A stretch of DNA of 64,000 bases from the human T2T-CHM13v2.0 reference genome, Homo sapiens. Below, one piece after another: positions 12,823 through 27,200 of this stretch (within the stretch, counting starts at the first letter, position 1; every line of letters starts with the position of its first letter). The stretch lies in assembly GCF_009914755.1 (NCBI RefSeq), contig NC_060926.1, one strand, 5' to 3'. Under the pieces are notes generated by a model, which saw nothing but the letters and a program-made list of their open reading frames with translations, was not told the origin of the DNA and did not search any database. The position numbers and the translations under genes are program-made.

Positions 12823-15800
12823 TAGCATTTTTCTAGAATATTGACACCTTAAGCTTTCTTATGATACTCACTTTTTTCTTTCCTACGCTGTTATGCCCAG
12901 TGGGAGAAGGTTGCTTCTCTTAATAGTTCTCAGTAAATGCTGATTAAATAAACTGTAGAAGGGTAAATAGTTAACAAGATTCTGAATTTGGACTTGTGAT
13001 TTTTGAGGCAAAAATAATAGGTTGAAAGACATGTTTTTTGGATCAACAGGCTTGTATGGAGGTAGACATTTATAATCTTAGTCATACTAGTGAGTGATGG
13101 ACATTTTATTACTGTTTTGCAAAGGTATGGACAAAGTCTTAAGATCTATGTCTTCTACTTTTAGGCATGTAGGTAAAAATGTCAGTAACAATGCAGAAAG
13201 CCAGTTTATCTATTTAAAAAATGAATATATTGGAAGCCTTGAATATGAGGCTGAGTAATGCAAGCTTTTCCCAGGAGAACTGTGACTTCTTGAGGCCCAA
13301 AGCTGCACTCCGGAATTATAAGTCCTGAGACATAGTCTATAAACAATAAGTAAATATCAGTCCTATAGCTCAGTGTTCACCACTGATGACTTCTCACACA
13401 TAAGCAATATCATGTTAAGCAGATAGATACTCATAGTCATCCAATAGTTTGCAGTGGGAAAATAGTTTGCTAAAAAGCAAGATGTCATATGTGTTGTTAT
13501 ATTTTTCACACATGTTGAGAAATTATCTCTGTTGAAGATTTCTTGAGTTAACCTTGGGGCATTAGCCTTTGCTGCAAGGTTTGAAAAACTCAATTTTTCC
13601 CATTCAGTGTGATCTATTACAAGCTATTCTGCTTCCTGAATTTTTGAGAGTATTGCTAGTTATTTTATTCTCAGTTACCTAAGAAGGGTCATATGAGGGA
13701 ATGTTTTGATTATCCTAAATTCGTTTCTATGGATAACTTCATATCTTTGTTCAGATCTGATTTCTTCCATAGTCACTTAAACTTGAGAATTCTATCCTAT
13801 CTTCCACAAAAGCTATCATTGAAATAGCTGTGCTTTCCACTTAAAAAGTGAAAAGGTTAATGGTATGGAGATGAAACTGGAATCCAATCCTCATAAACAG
13901 TACTGTCTTTTCCATTTTTATGTTGCCTTTTTGGTCACCTAGACCATACACAAGAGATTTTATTTTTCTTTTTGTCTGATTGCTTCTAAACAGATTTCTA
14001 TTACATCTCCAAATTTCAGTTTCTCTCCCACTGTTCACTCTAGGATAAAGTGGAGTTCTTACTTTATTTCAATAGAAGCTAGAAATAGGTACCTTAATGA
14101 GGCAACTCTTGATTTTATTTCAGAACTTGGTAAAACTTCGGCTTTTCATTTCAAAAACAAAAGTAAGCCTCTGTGCTTGCTGATCTGTGTTCCGAAGACT
14201 TATTCTCCCTGTGCACCCACTATTTCTACTAGCTAGAAGTAAGGCAGAATTCCCGTAGAGTAATTGTGTTTCAGTTGTATTTCAGACACCACAGACATGA
14301 AAGCTTCACAGAAAAGGTTGCTTCTTCCTCAGTGGAGCTCATTTGGTAATAGATGCCAGGTGCATGACTGATGCTGGTTTGAAATGGAGGACCCAGTAAT
14401 GGCTATATCGCTTGGTGAAATCGCATGAGCTCACCAGAATTAGAATATGCCCGTAGGAGTAAACATAACTTCTCATTTTTGAAAAATTCGTAACTTCTCA
14501 CAACTTTTGTTGTTCTCATTGCTATTGATATTGTTTTAATAATATTCATCTCTATCAGTGCCCAGCAAGAAAATATATGCAACAAATATTAGTTGAATGA
14601 ATGTTTTAATCCACACAGTAAGAGCCATAGGATATAAATATACATGATCAATATTCCACTGCAGAAACCACTGGATATCTTAAAACATTATAAAGTTACG
14701 TGCAGAAAACTATTGCTGTGCTTTATGATTTTAAAAGTAAGGTGTATTTATAATAAAATATTTAAAAATACTGAGAAATTTTAGAAATTTTAAAATAGTG
14801 ACCCAAGAATAATCTTTAGTTTTAGTATTAATTTTTACATATGTACTTAAAAATTACTGTTGTTGTTACTATTATTACATTTGTAAAATGCAATTGGAGT
14901 ATATTCATTACTTTAAGGTAGGAGTGGAGAAGTGGTTTACTTGAGAAAAATGACATCTAGTTTTGTACTTTTTCTCACGCTAAGAAGTACGTAGAAACAA
15001 GCAATCAACTGAATAACTTTAGTGTTTATTTTTAAAAGTGATATATATCCCAACAACTTGTAACTTATTCTTTAAATAACAGAATTTAAGAAAATGAACA
15101 ATATTAGATAATATTACATAATAGTTATGTCTCACTTTTAGTATTTTTGTCTTTCTACATGTATGAATTTTATAATTAACTATTACAATTTTTAGACTTC
15201 CAAACTAATTTTCATGATTTTGGTTATCTGTATTGGGGTACAATTTACATACAATAAAATTCACCAATTTTACATATAAAATTTGATTAGTTTTGGAAAA
15301 TGTGTGGTATTTGCCCCTGGTTTTCTGAAAATAGAATTAAAAACCCATCAAATCTTTTATCCCCCTTCATCTCACTTCCAGTAGAGATATACTTCTTACA
15401 TTTTATACTTATAATGTCTTACCTATAGAAACTGATAGAATAGGGCCTTTCACAATACTAATTATTTCATTTGGTGTTTACAGCCAAGCAGTTTTGCTCC
15501 TCAGAGGATCTTAACTGGGAACTAACCCTCATCTGTAACTATAGTTTCTCACACCATCAAACTTTACTTAAAATGTGCCAGAGCCTAGTTAAATGTCAAA
15601 GAAGAGGCCTGGTAGCCTTTGTTTGGAAATAGAAGACAGTATCTACTTTGAAGTTATTGTTTCTAACCAATAGCATCCTCGGATTTTAACATTTTTGTTT
15701 TATTTTGTTTCAGTCTCACTGACAAAATACCTTTCCCATTTTGTGCCTTAATTTCCGGTTTGAATAGCAATATCTTAGCTCAATCTTTAAAAATAAGCAC

Positions 15801-16614
15801 TGTTTTTGTCCCTTTTACTGACTGTTTGCTTTTTTTAAAAAAAGTCCAAATTAGTTTCAAGATCAAACTTCTATGTATATTTAGAATCTAGCCTTGAATA
15901 TTTCCTAATTTATACTGAATTCCATTTATGTATCATTCTTGGATTAGATTTTCTAATCTGGCCATGTTTTTTTCTTTCAGACCTGTTACTAGCTCACTCT
16001 TTTCTATTCAAATCTTATTTCTCATCCTGGCCTATTTCCCAAGTGCAAAGACAGCGGGGCTTCCTGTGTCTTAGGGCTGCCCAGAGCTGATGCATATCAC
16101 TCAATTACGGTATTATAAATAATATTTTTAGAAGTATATAATAAAAATATTACCACCTTAACAGCTTAAACCTGAATTTGTAATCAGGTTAGAATTAATC
16201 CATGAAAAACTTTGTGATATAGAGCATTGTGTTTTTCTATGCACAACTTTGTTGAAATTCTAGCACTTGGGAAATGATGTCTACTCAAGATTTACATTGG
16301 CTAATTCTTCTCATACTAATTATTTTTACTATGTTGATTATTTATTGTTTTATATTGGTTGATGGTTTTTCTTGAATGCTCAAATAAGCAGCCATTCTTG
16401 ATAACTATTGCTTATCTCAGATGTGAAGTATATAATAACATTTTATTACTGGTTTTGGTTATTGGAGGTTATTTTAACTAGGATTTTACTCTTAGTTCAG
16501 TTTTTAATTCAGTCTGAAAGGTATTATTACCAGGTAGGGGAGAGGTCAAATAACGAACATTATTTTCCAATCATTCTGGCAATCTTTAAAAATGTGGTTC
16601 CCTGAGTATGTATG

Positions 16615-16947
16615 TAGTCATGTACCACGTAACAGTGTTTCGGTCAGTGATGGACTACATATATGACAGTGGTTCAATGAGATTTTATTACCATACTTTT
16701 ACTGTACCTTTTTACATTTAGGTACAAAAGTACTTACCAAGTGTTACAATTGCCTGTAGTATTTAGTACAGTAACATTCACAGATTTGTGGTCTAGGAGC
16801 AATAGGCTAGACTGTATGGCTCAGGTGTGTAATATGCTATACCATCTAGATTTGTGTAAGTGTACTCTATGATGTTTGCACAATGACAACATAGCCTAAC
16901 GATGGACTTCTCAGAGTGTATCCCGGTCCTTCAGCAATATATAACTA
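16615..16947 (+). mobile_element. Tigger3a (MER7A)-like non-autonomous Tc1/pogo DNA transposon
   Basis: Starts tagtcatgtaccacgtaacagtgtttcggtca and ends ttctcagagtgtatcccggtc...ataacta followed by TA; homologous to both ends of 59090-60260. Confidence 0.85.
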
Positions 16948-17879
16948 TACATATGATACTGGGTTGTGATCATTTCCCAGTTACAAACAAATTAGCTATC
17001 AATTTTCTCCATAATATCAAACTCTTATGTGATTCTAAGTAAGTAATTGGCAGAAAGGAGAATTCACATTAGTTTACTGAAAAAAACACAGTGTAGTTTT
17101 ATGAAATCTTGCCTGTTAGTGATATACCCTATTCGCTTTTGTTGACAAAATGCAAATTACTTCTTTAATATTACTCTTCTCCATAACATTCTGATTTGTT
17201 TAACCTTGTCATGTTTCTGTTAAACCAGTTCAACAGAAAGGGCTCATCCACTTATAAATAATGCATTATCTTTCAAAAGCCCTAGTAATTTTTTGCTTAT
17301 AATCTCTGGGTAGCTTCAGTAAGTCAAAACATGACTTCATATTCTAACTTGTCAAACTTTTAAGCATCAAGCAATTTTTCCTGCACTTTTAATTAACTGC
17401 ACAAAATATTATCTGTAATGAATAGATATGTTAACAAGTTATGTTAGAACAGGACAAGACTAGCTTTTGGCTCAGTGGGGTAGAAAAAAGTAAATATATT
17501 CTTATTGCTGTTGTTAGGAGGTAGCTATGTTAGAATGTTGCTATGGAAGAGAGATGCTACTGAATTGGGTGCAGTGAGGGGAAAACATGGGAGTTAAAAC
17601 ATGTGGGTTATACACCTATGTATCTAGGATACCATGCAGAAGAGGTTGGAATTAGACTGATGGTTAATCAGTGGGATAAAGGGATGTGTTTTCAGTCCTT
17701 GTCAGATGAATTTCTACTTTATCCTCTGGATTATTGGCCCTTATTCTTCTTTCCCTTAGAACTTATCATTCTTCAAAATTACAATTATTTCTGTAATCAT
17801 ATCAAATTATCAGCTTCTTAATGATGTTTCTTACCCACTGTGTTTTAGCATCTAAGATATGGATGTGTAGCTAATTGTC

Positions 17880-18080
17880 ATAATAGCTAACTAGCATTCA
17901 TTGCACGTTCATATAATGTCCAGCTCTTTGTTAAGGGCTGAAAGCTCATTATCTATTTTAGGCCCCACAACACTCTGAAGTTGGTATTCTTAGGAATTCT
18001 GTGAATGAGAAAGCTAAGACTTCAGGAATTTAGTGATAAATTTAGGTAAAAGTTAGAGCAGGCCCAGGACCTACGTCTCT
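17880..18080 (-). mobile_element. MIR SINE
   Basis: aatagctaac...cattatctatttaggccccacaacactctgaag...gaatgagaaagctaagact. Confidence 0.6.
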
Positions 18081-19360
18081 CTACAGTGACATACATGCCC
18101 TGAACTGCTACTCCCTCTCTTTCTCACATTACCTAGGCAGCTTTTATTGTGCTTTGTTATCTTTAAAATAGCGAATTAACACTTGCTATTTCATAAGCTT
18201 AAAGATGCATTGCCTGTAATATTGGAAGCTGATATGCAGCTCACCACATATCCAAAGGCCGGTAATAATGAACGTAAAATAGGGAAGAAAAGACAGAGTA
18301 TACTGGGATGGATCATTATCTCTACATGTTGATTTATTTTAAAAGTTCCTTTCAGTGTATATTAACACCTTGGAATGTGTGCAAGTTACACCGGTGACCT
18401 TTCTGCATAGAACTCCAATGAGAGAAAAGGCAACCCATTGTTAGATGAAATGCTTTTCATTTCAAGCATGTAAGCAGTACCACACTTGGTGGATTAAAGA
18501 TCGATTGATCTCAGCAAGCAAAGAACGTTGTTAAATTGTTCAGTCCTCCTTTCTGGCTTTCTCTTTTTGCTAAGAATGGAAAAAGAGAAGGCCTTGGTCT
18601 CTGTTGTCTCAGATTCTTGTACCTAGGGCTATAATTGCTGCAGATAAAACCCAAGAACAATTGGGTTGTGGTTTTCAAGTTTAATTACATTAGAGCTGCT
18701 TCTTTTGCCCTATAGTCACATTTGCAATTTGTGATTAACATATTAGTGGGAAGAAAGTAATGATAGATTGTAGTTAATGAAGCATTTTCTCTATCTGTTG
18801 TTTCTTCAATGCCTCTTTCCCGCTACAGGATAAGATATTTATGTTAATTTTTATGCATGCTGTAGTTAGGTTTCTATATATTATGTAGGGAAAGTTCTGC
18901 ATTAGCTCTAATAAATAAAGTGTTCAGTTTTAAATCATGGTCTTTGCTCTACTTTATTTATTTGTATTTACTCTTTTTCATTACTGCAGGAGGAAACAGA
19001 CTCAGTGTTTTATTTTTATAATAAAATACTCTTACTCTAAGAAAGAGTTATTATGCATCCTAATACTGGTATGCAAACATCATTAAAGTTTACACAGCAA
19101 TGGTTTTTAATAACATTTGGAGATATTTTGGCTGATGCAGTTTTTGTGCTAATATTTTGGCTTCAAGATAAGAAAAACTGGATTTAATCCTTGCTAGAAT
19201 GCTGGGAAAAACTGATGTTATTTGTAAATGAAGATTTAAAAGCATTTAACTAAGCTTCGTTTTAAGATATACATGTAGAGCCACATCTTTTTTTTTACTT
19301 TGGAATTTTAAAATATGATTTATCTTCCTTTGTCAGGTAGACTCCAGAGTTTAAAGTGAA

Positions 19361-19397
19361 ATATATATATGTAATATATATATAATATATATATTAC

Positions 19398-19452
<55 letters not shown>

Positions 19453-19454
19453 TA
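19361..19454. repeat. (TA)n-rich microsatellite
   Basis: About 90 nt of imperfect then perfect TA repeats. Confidence 0.97.
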
Positions 19455-20176
19455 CAGAAGGCTGAGAATCAAACCAGTATTGAAGCATTCTTACCAATGG
19501 CAACTGGGATAGTGTTTGAGAATGAGATTGTGGGGTGTGTGTCGAGGAAGGAGGTAAGGGTGTGGATTAAAAGTTTTGGAGGTGAGATGATAGACAAGGA
19601 AGAAAATTTTATTGTTATATCTTTCCTTATTGAAATTGCTCATTAGTTTGAATCCTTCCACTGTTGTCTGGACTCCCCATTAAAAAAGAACATGATCACT
19701 GAGAAAGTGTCTAATTTAGATGTGCTTTTGATAGCAAAATAATTATAATAGACAAATCCTTGAAAAGGAATTTCCTTGTCACATGACACTGATATACTAC
19801 AAAACAGTTGTGCCATGGCAGCTTATAATATTTAAGTTTCCTGATTCTAGGTACAAAGATCTCTCTGTGAAAGCTGGCCAAATATTCAAGAATGTACTGA
19901 AATATTCAAAAGGTGTACATTTATGATCTAGAATAATTGATAAGAGTTGAATAATTGGATTGCTTCACTAGGGAAAGGCAGAAAATGTATGACTGTAGAG
20001 TTAACATTCTTGAGATTATTAAGGAAATGATAAAGATAACAATGGAGAATTCCTTTCAGTGTACTAAAAGTTAGGGAAGCAGTGGAGGCTTTTGCTGAAA
20101 TTTGAAAGAGACAAATATTGAGGCAAGTGAAAAGTAATAGTCGAGTCATTTGAGATATGTGCATTTTACTCTGTCA

Positions 20177-21251
20177 GTTTTATTTTATTTTTAATTAATT
20201 TTTTAAAATTTCAGTAGCTTGAGGGGTACAAGTCGTGCTGGGTTATGTGGATGATCGTACAGTGGTCAAGTTTTGGCTTTTAGTGTGCCCAACACCAAAA
20301 TAGTGAACATTGTATTCAATAGGTAATTTTTCATCCCTCACCTCCCTCCTGAACTTCTTTCCTCTGAGTCTCTAATGTTCATTATACTACTATGTCTGCC
20401 TTTGTGTACCCATAGCTTAGCTCCCATTTATAAGTGAGAATGTGCAGTATTGGTTTTCCATTCTTGAGTTACTTCACTTAGGATAATGGCCTCCAGTTCT
20501 ACTCAAGTTGCGGCAAAAGACATTATTCCACTCATTTTTATGGCTGAGTAGTTTTCCATAATGTTTCCGTGGACTCATTTGTCAGTACCCAAATCAGTAG
20601 CATTGCTGTACACCAACAATGACCAAGCTGATAATCAAAGAACTCAATCCCTTTTACAATCGCTACAAAAATAAACTAAAATACCTAGGGACATACTTGA
20701 CCAAGGAGGTGAGGGATCTCTACAAGAAGAACTACAAAACACTGATGAAAGAAATCATAGACTATTCCTTTCCATGGAATGATAAGGAAATGGTATTTCC
20801 ATTTTATTTATCCACTTATCTATTGATAGGCACTTGGATTGGTTCTATATCTTTGCAATTGTGAATTAGGCTGTGATAAAAATACACGTGCAAGTGTCTT
20901 TTTGGTATAATGACTATTTTTCCTTTGGGTAGATATTTGGTAGTGAGATTGCTGGATCAAATGGTAGTTCTACTTTTAGTTCTTTGAGAAATCTCCATAC
21001 TGTTTTCTATAGATGTTTCACTAACTTATATTTCCACCAGCAGTAGGTAAGTGTTCCCTTTCTACGACATCTGCACCAACATTTACTGTTTTTTAATTTA
21101 AATTTTTTTTTTCATAATGACCATTCTGGCTGGAGTAAGGTGGTATCTTGTTGTGGTTTTAATTTGCATTTCCCTGATGATTAGTGATGTTGAACATTTT
21201 TTTTCTGTGTTTCTTGGCCATTTGTATAACTTCTTTTGAGAAATATCTGTT

Positions 21252-21254
<3 letters not shown>
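20177..21254 (-). mobile_element. L1PB-like LINE-1, 3' (non-inverted) segment
   Basis: T-rich tail then ggggtacaagt...catagcttagctcccatttataagtgagaa...ttttgagaaatatctgttcat; interrupted at ~20565-20800. Confidence 0.9.
20586..20762 (+). mobile_element. L1 ORF2 fragment embedded in opposite orientation in the L1PB 3' end
   Basis: ORF 20619 contains KYLGTYLTKEVRDLYKKNYKTLMKEI (L1 ORF2p); homologous to ~22020-22185. Confidence 0.85.
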
Positions 21255-23109
<1,855 letters not shown>

Positions 23110-23159
23110 TAAATTGTATTTTTAAAATTATAACAAAAGAGTGAAATCTAGTAAATGTT

Positions 23160-23465
23160 ATACCTCTTGGTGTTTAGGAGTGAAGTGTACTGAGGTCTTG
23201 AAATGCATCCAAAATTATAAGTTAGCTTTCAATGTTCAAGTTACCTTGAAATGTGTCCAAAATTAAGATGGATTAATTGACGGGTGGATTAATGGATGAT
23301 AGAGGTATACATATGTGGATAAATAGGCAGGTGGATATGTGATTAAGCAAATATAACAAAATATTGATTCTAGAATCTAACACTAGGAACATGGCTGTTC
23401 ACTGTGCACTTCTCTCAACTTTCCTTTATATTTGAACATTTTCATAATGAAATGTTCTTTAAAAA
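23160..23465 (+). mobile_element. Old L1ME-type 3' end
   Basis: tgtttaggagtgaagtgtactga...gttcactgtgcacttctctcaactttc...tttgaacattttcataat. Confidence 0.65.
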
Positions 23466-23922
23466 AGGAAAGCTACCTGAGACAAGGTGAGAAAATTCTT
23501 AATGCCTATTCAGGTAATACTAGCTGAAAAATTGAAAATAAACTTTAAGTGGAGATGATTGTCTTAATCCCAAAGTATTGCTGACACGGGATTTGTTAGC
23601 ATGTCTCTAAGGTGATGCACCATATATTTTGGGGAAAAGCATTTCATTTTCCCTGTAAATCATGGTGCATCAATAATCATGCACTTGCAACAAGATTGTC
23701 TCTGACTTCTCTAACACTCTAGCATTGCTTATGAAGGACATTCTTCTATTTGGCCAACAAAGAATATTTCTGTCTTATCTTAAAACAGAGATAAGGCAAA
23801 TCATTTTGACAGTCTCTGAGGCAAGGTAATCCCTGCTAATCTACTCATCTTTCTACCTCTTACATACAAAGAATGGGCTAGAGTTTGTCATGGGACCACA
23901 GGAATCAGGCTTTGTCCCTGAG

Positions 23923-24218
<296 letters not shown>

Positions 24219-27200
24219 TCTGCTTCATTCTAACATACCACTTCTTCCCTGTTTCCCGGACTAAATACTCAAGGTCATTAATAGAACATTATTAAATTTG
24301 AAGACATAAAAATTCTAACTTTAAGCTTTACTAACCAACATAACATATTGAATTTTCCCCACCACAAATTTCCAATAGCTGGTAAATTAATGGTGTGTTT
24401 TGTCTTTCATCTTTAAATATTGAATGAAGCACAGTTCTGCTAGATACTCATATCACAATACATGTCTTCAGAAACAATTTATATGCCCAGTGTATCAATA
24501 TTTAATTTATTTACACATTTTTTTCATCACTACCTTTATTTGAATGATGGATGTGTTGATGCCTAAGCCCATTTATCACTAAGAATGAAATAACTACCAC
24601 TGGGAAACTTTTGGGAATTATATATCCATGAGCTTTTCAGAACTGATCTTTTGTGACGATGGAATGGTCACTGACCAGATCCTTATTGTAGACTCATTAC
24701 TTTTGAACACATTCATCAATACCAAGGCTCGGGTGGCTGCTGGATGTCACAGATCCATAGCACTGTGCCACCACGTGCTCCCTAAAAATCTATTACATGG
24801 TTTAGACTATGTTTTCCCAAGCTTAAACCTAGGAAAATTGATTGCCTTTCCCATAAGTTTACATAATCAGAGAAACCCAGAACTGGAAAGTATTTTAAGC
24901 ATTCATTCAGGTCAAACATTTGTGTTCTAATAGAACTTTCTTAAAATATCCAATACAGGCAACAGCAGGTCTTATTCTAAAATATTTCTGGAAAAAAATT
25001 ATTCCATTTAGATAATGCCATGTATGTATCCAGTCCTTCACTATGTGCAGTGGTAACTAGTCTAATTTTAATTACTGCTCTTTAAGCCAGTATTCAGCTA
25101 AACTTCATAGGAATGAATCCCTTCAGTAACATCCTTATAGTAGACTTCATATATTTGTAAAGCTACATAACTACATATAAAACCAATTATGTTTTTTCCT
25201 AGTCATTTTTATTTATAATGCATAGTCTAAACTCTTTTGATTTTATTTTAGAACAGCATTATTTAAACTTTCTTGCTAAATAGTACCAGAGAAGCCTAGA
25301 AACTCAAGAAAAACTACTTTTGAAATATTCTTGGGATCTAAATTTTTGTCTTTAAAACATGCCACATAACCTTTTCTCATGTCTCCATACTGAATCAATG
25401 CTTACCTTAAAACACCATATTTTAACTTATGCATTAGATAGAACACTTCCACACATCAAATGTTCAGGTAAAATAGATTATCTGTGAACAGACTTGGAAT
25501 TTATTCTGCTGCTTGCCAAATCCTTGCCATGCTGCTGTTTCCTCCAATGTGGTATGTGTTTAAATCTGGGGAGCATACTCTCAGTACATCACAAGTATAG
25601 CCTATTATTATTGTTGTTGTTATTGATGATGCTATTGGTTTACCAAAAATAATTTCCTGTGATACTAAGCACATGGCTATCCAATTGAAACACTTAACTT
25701 TTACTGAGGATCTGAGCATTGTCCCATGGCATATTAGGATGTGTTACTGCTAAATACCCTTCTGAAGATGGTGACCGAATCCTTGAAATGTGTCTGTTGT
25801 GGCAGTTTGAGAGACAAGTGAACGCCAAGGTCAGGCTATCACTCAGTGAAGCCAACTGGCTGGCTGCCCACGTTTCTCATAACATTTCATTTATTTTGAT
25901 GGATTCACCAAGGTATGAGCCCTGGCACTCAGGTTTGGGGCACAGAAACTTTGATGTTTATAAGCACATTAAATGGTTCCATCTCTAGGGTACAGATTCA
26001 CATTAACCAAGGGCACAAAGACTAGCAAGTAAGCCACAGTGCCAAAGGATAAATTGATAAAGAAAAGAAAAATGGCCTTGCAGCTGGCAGGATGCGGGTC
26101 AGTGCGGTCAGGCCCTTCTGTCCCTGTTGGCAGGTATTTCAGAAAAGCTAAATGAACATCCAGAAGTTGCTGAGTGAGTGAACATGAAATCAGGAAAGAA
26201 AAAATCAGTTTTATGATTAAGGTATTTAGTAGTATGAACCGAATGTTTCCTTATCCATTCATTTCTTCATAGAGACTCACATATCATGGAAATCAGAGTG
26301 GGCAAGAGTTGGGAGGGCAATGATGGTATTTACACCTTCCAATTGTTGCACAGCTTCTATAGATGTATTCAGTTAACCGTGACGTAGGCAGTGCCTTTCT
26401 CTGTAGTCTGGGAACAGTTCTTTTTCTTATGATTCAACTCTGAGAAGGCAGTGCTTTCTTTTTTTCACTATTACACCATCATGTGGTGTAGGTGAGCTTC
26501 TGGAAAGGGAAGAATAAAAGAAATTACGTTAACTGTTCAGAAACTGTGTGATTTAGTAACATAGAGCTTCGTTACAGTAATGTACCCTGTAAGTGGAAAG
26601 ACAGGCAGTATGGGTATTACGAAATGATTTTTTTTTAATGGAAGAGAATGATGGAGAAAGAGACAAAGGAAAGTTATGTTAGAGTCATAAACCCTGCATG
26701 ATCCTGTAAAAATTCATGCTTGATCCCTGCAGCCTGAATCAACATGGACATCAGTAAATCTCTACTCTTGCCGAAGAAACAAACTAAGGCTATAAAGAAG
26801 TACTTTGTTTTTGATACTCATTGTCTTCCCTGACAGCCAAGTCAAAAGATGGAGATAAACAATGAGCGATTTTCTAACATGAAAAACAAGACAAGAAATA
26901 TCTTTCTTATAAAGGAATCCACTCAGTCTGTTAGTGTATATACTTTGCCAGTCATTCCTACCTGATTCAATGAATATTTATTGATTAAAGATCTAGTCTT
27001 GTGAAAGAGACACTTGAAACTGGACAAACAGATGTAGTTTGTTAAGTGCTACCAGAGGGATAAGCCAAATGCCATGAGCAGACTAGGGAGGGATGCCTTG
27101 GGAGCCTCATTGAATCATTCTGAAGAAGTTTGAAAGGCAGTCATGGTGTGGGTGGGCATGCATTTAACTAGTAGGTTGACCTAGGAGGGAAATATGCTTC

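Noticed and set aside
24628-24930. 100-aa non-repeat ORF
   Set aside because: No recognisable homology or convincing splice or promoter context; this length can arise by chance in 64 kb.
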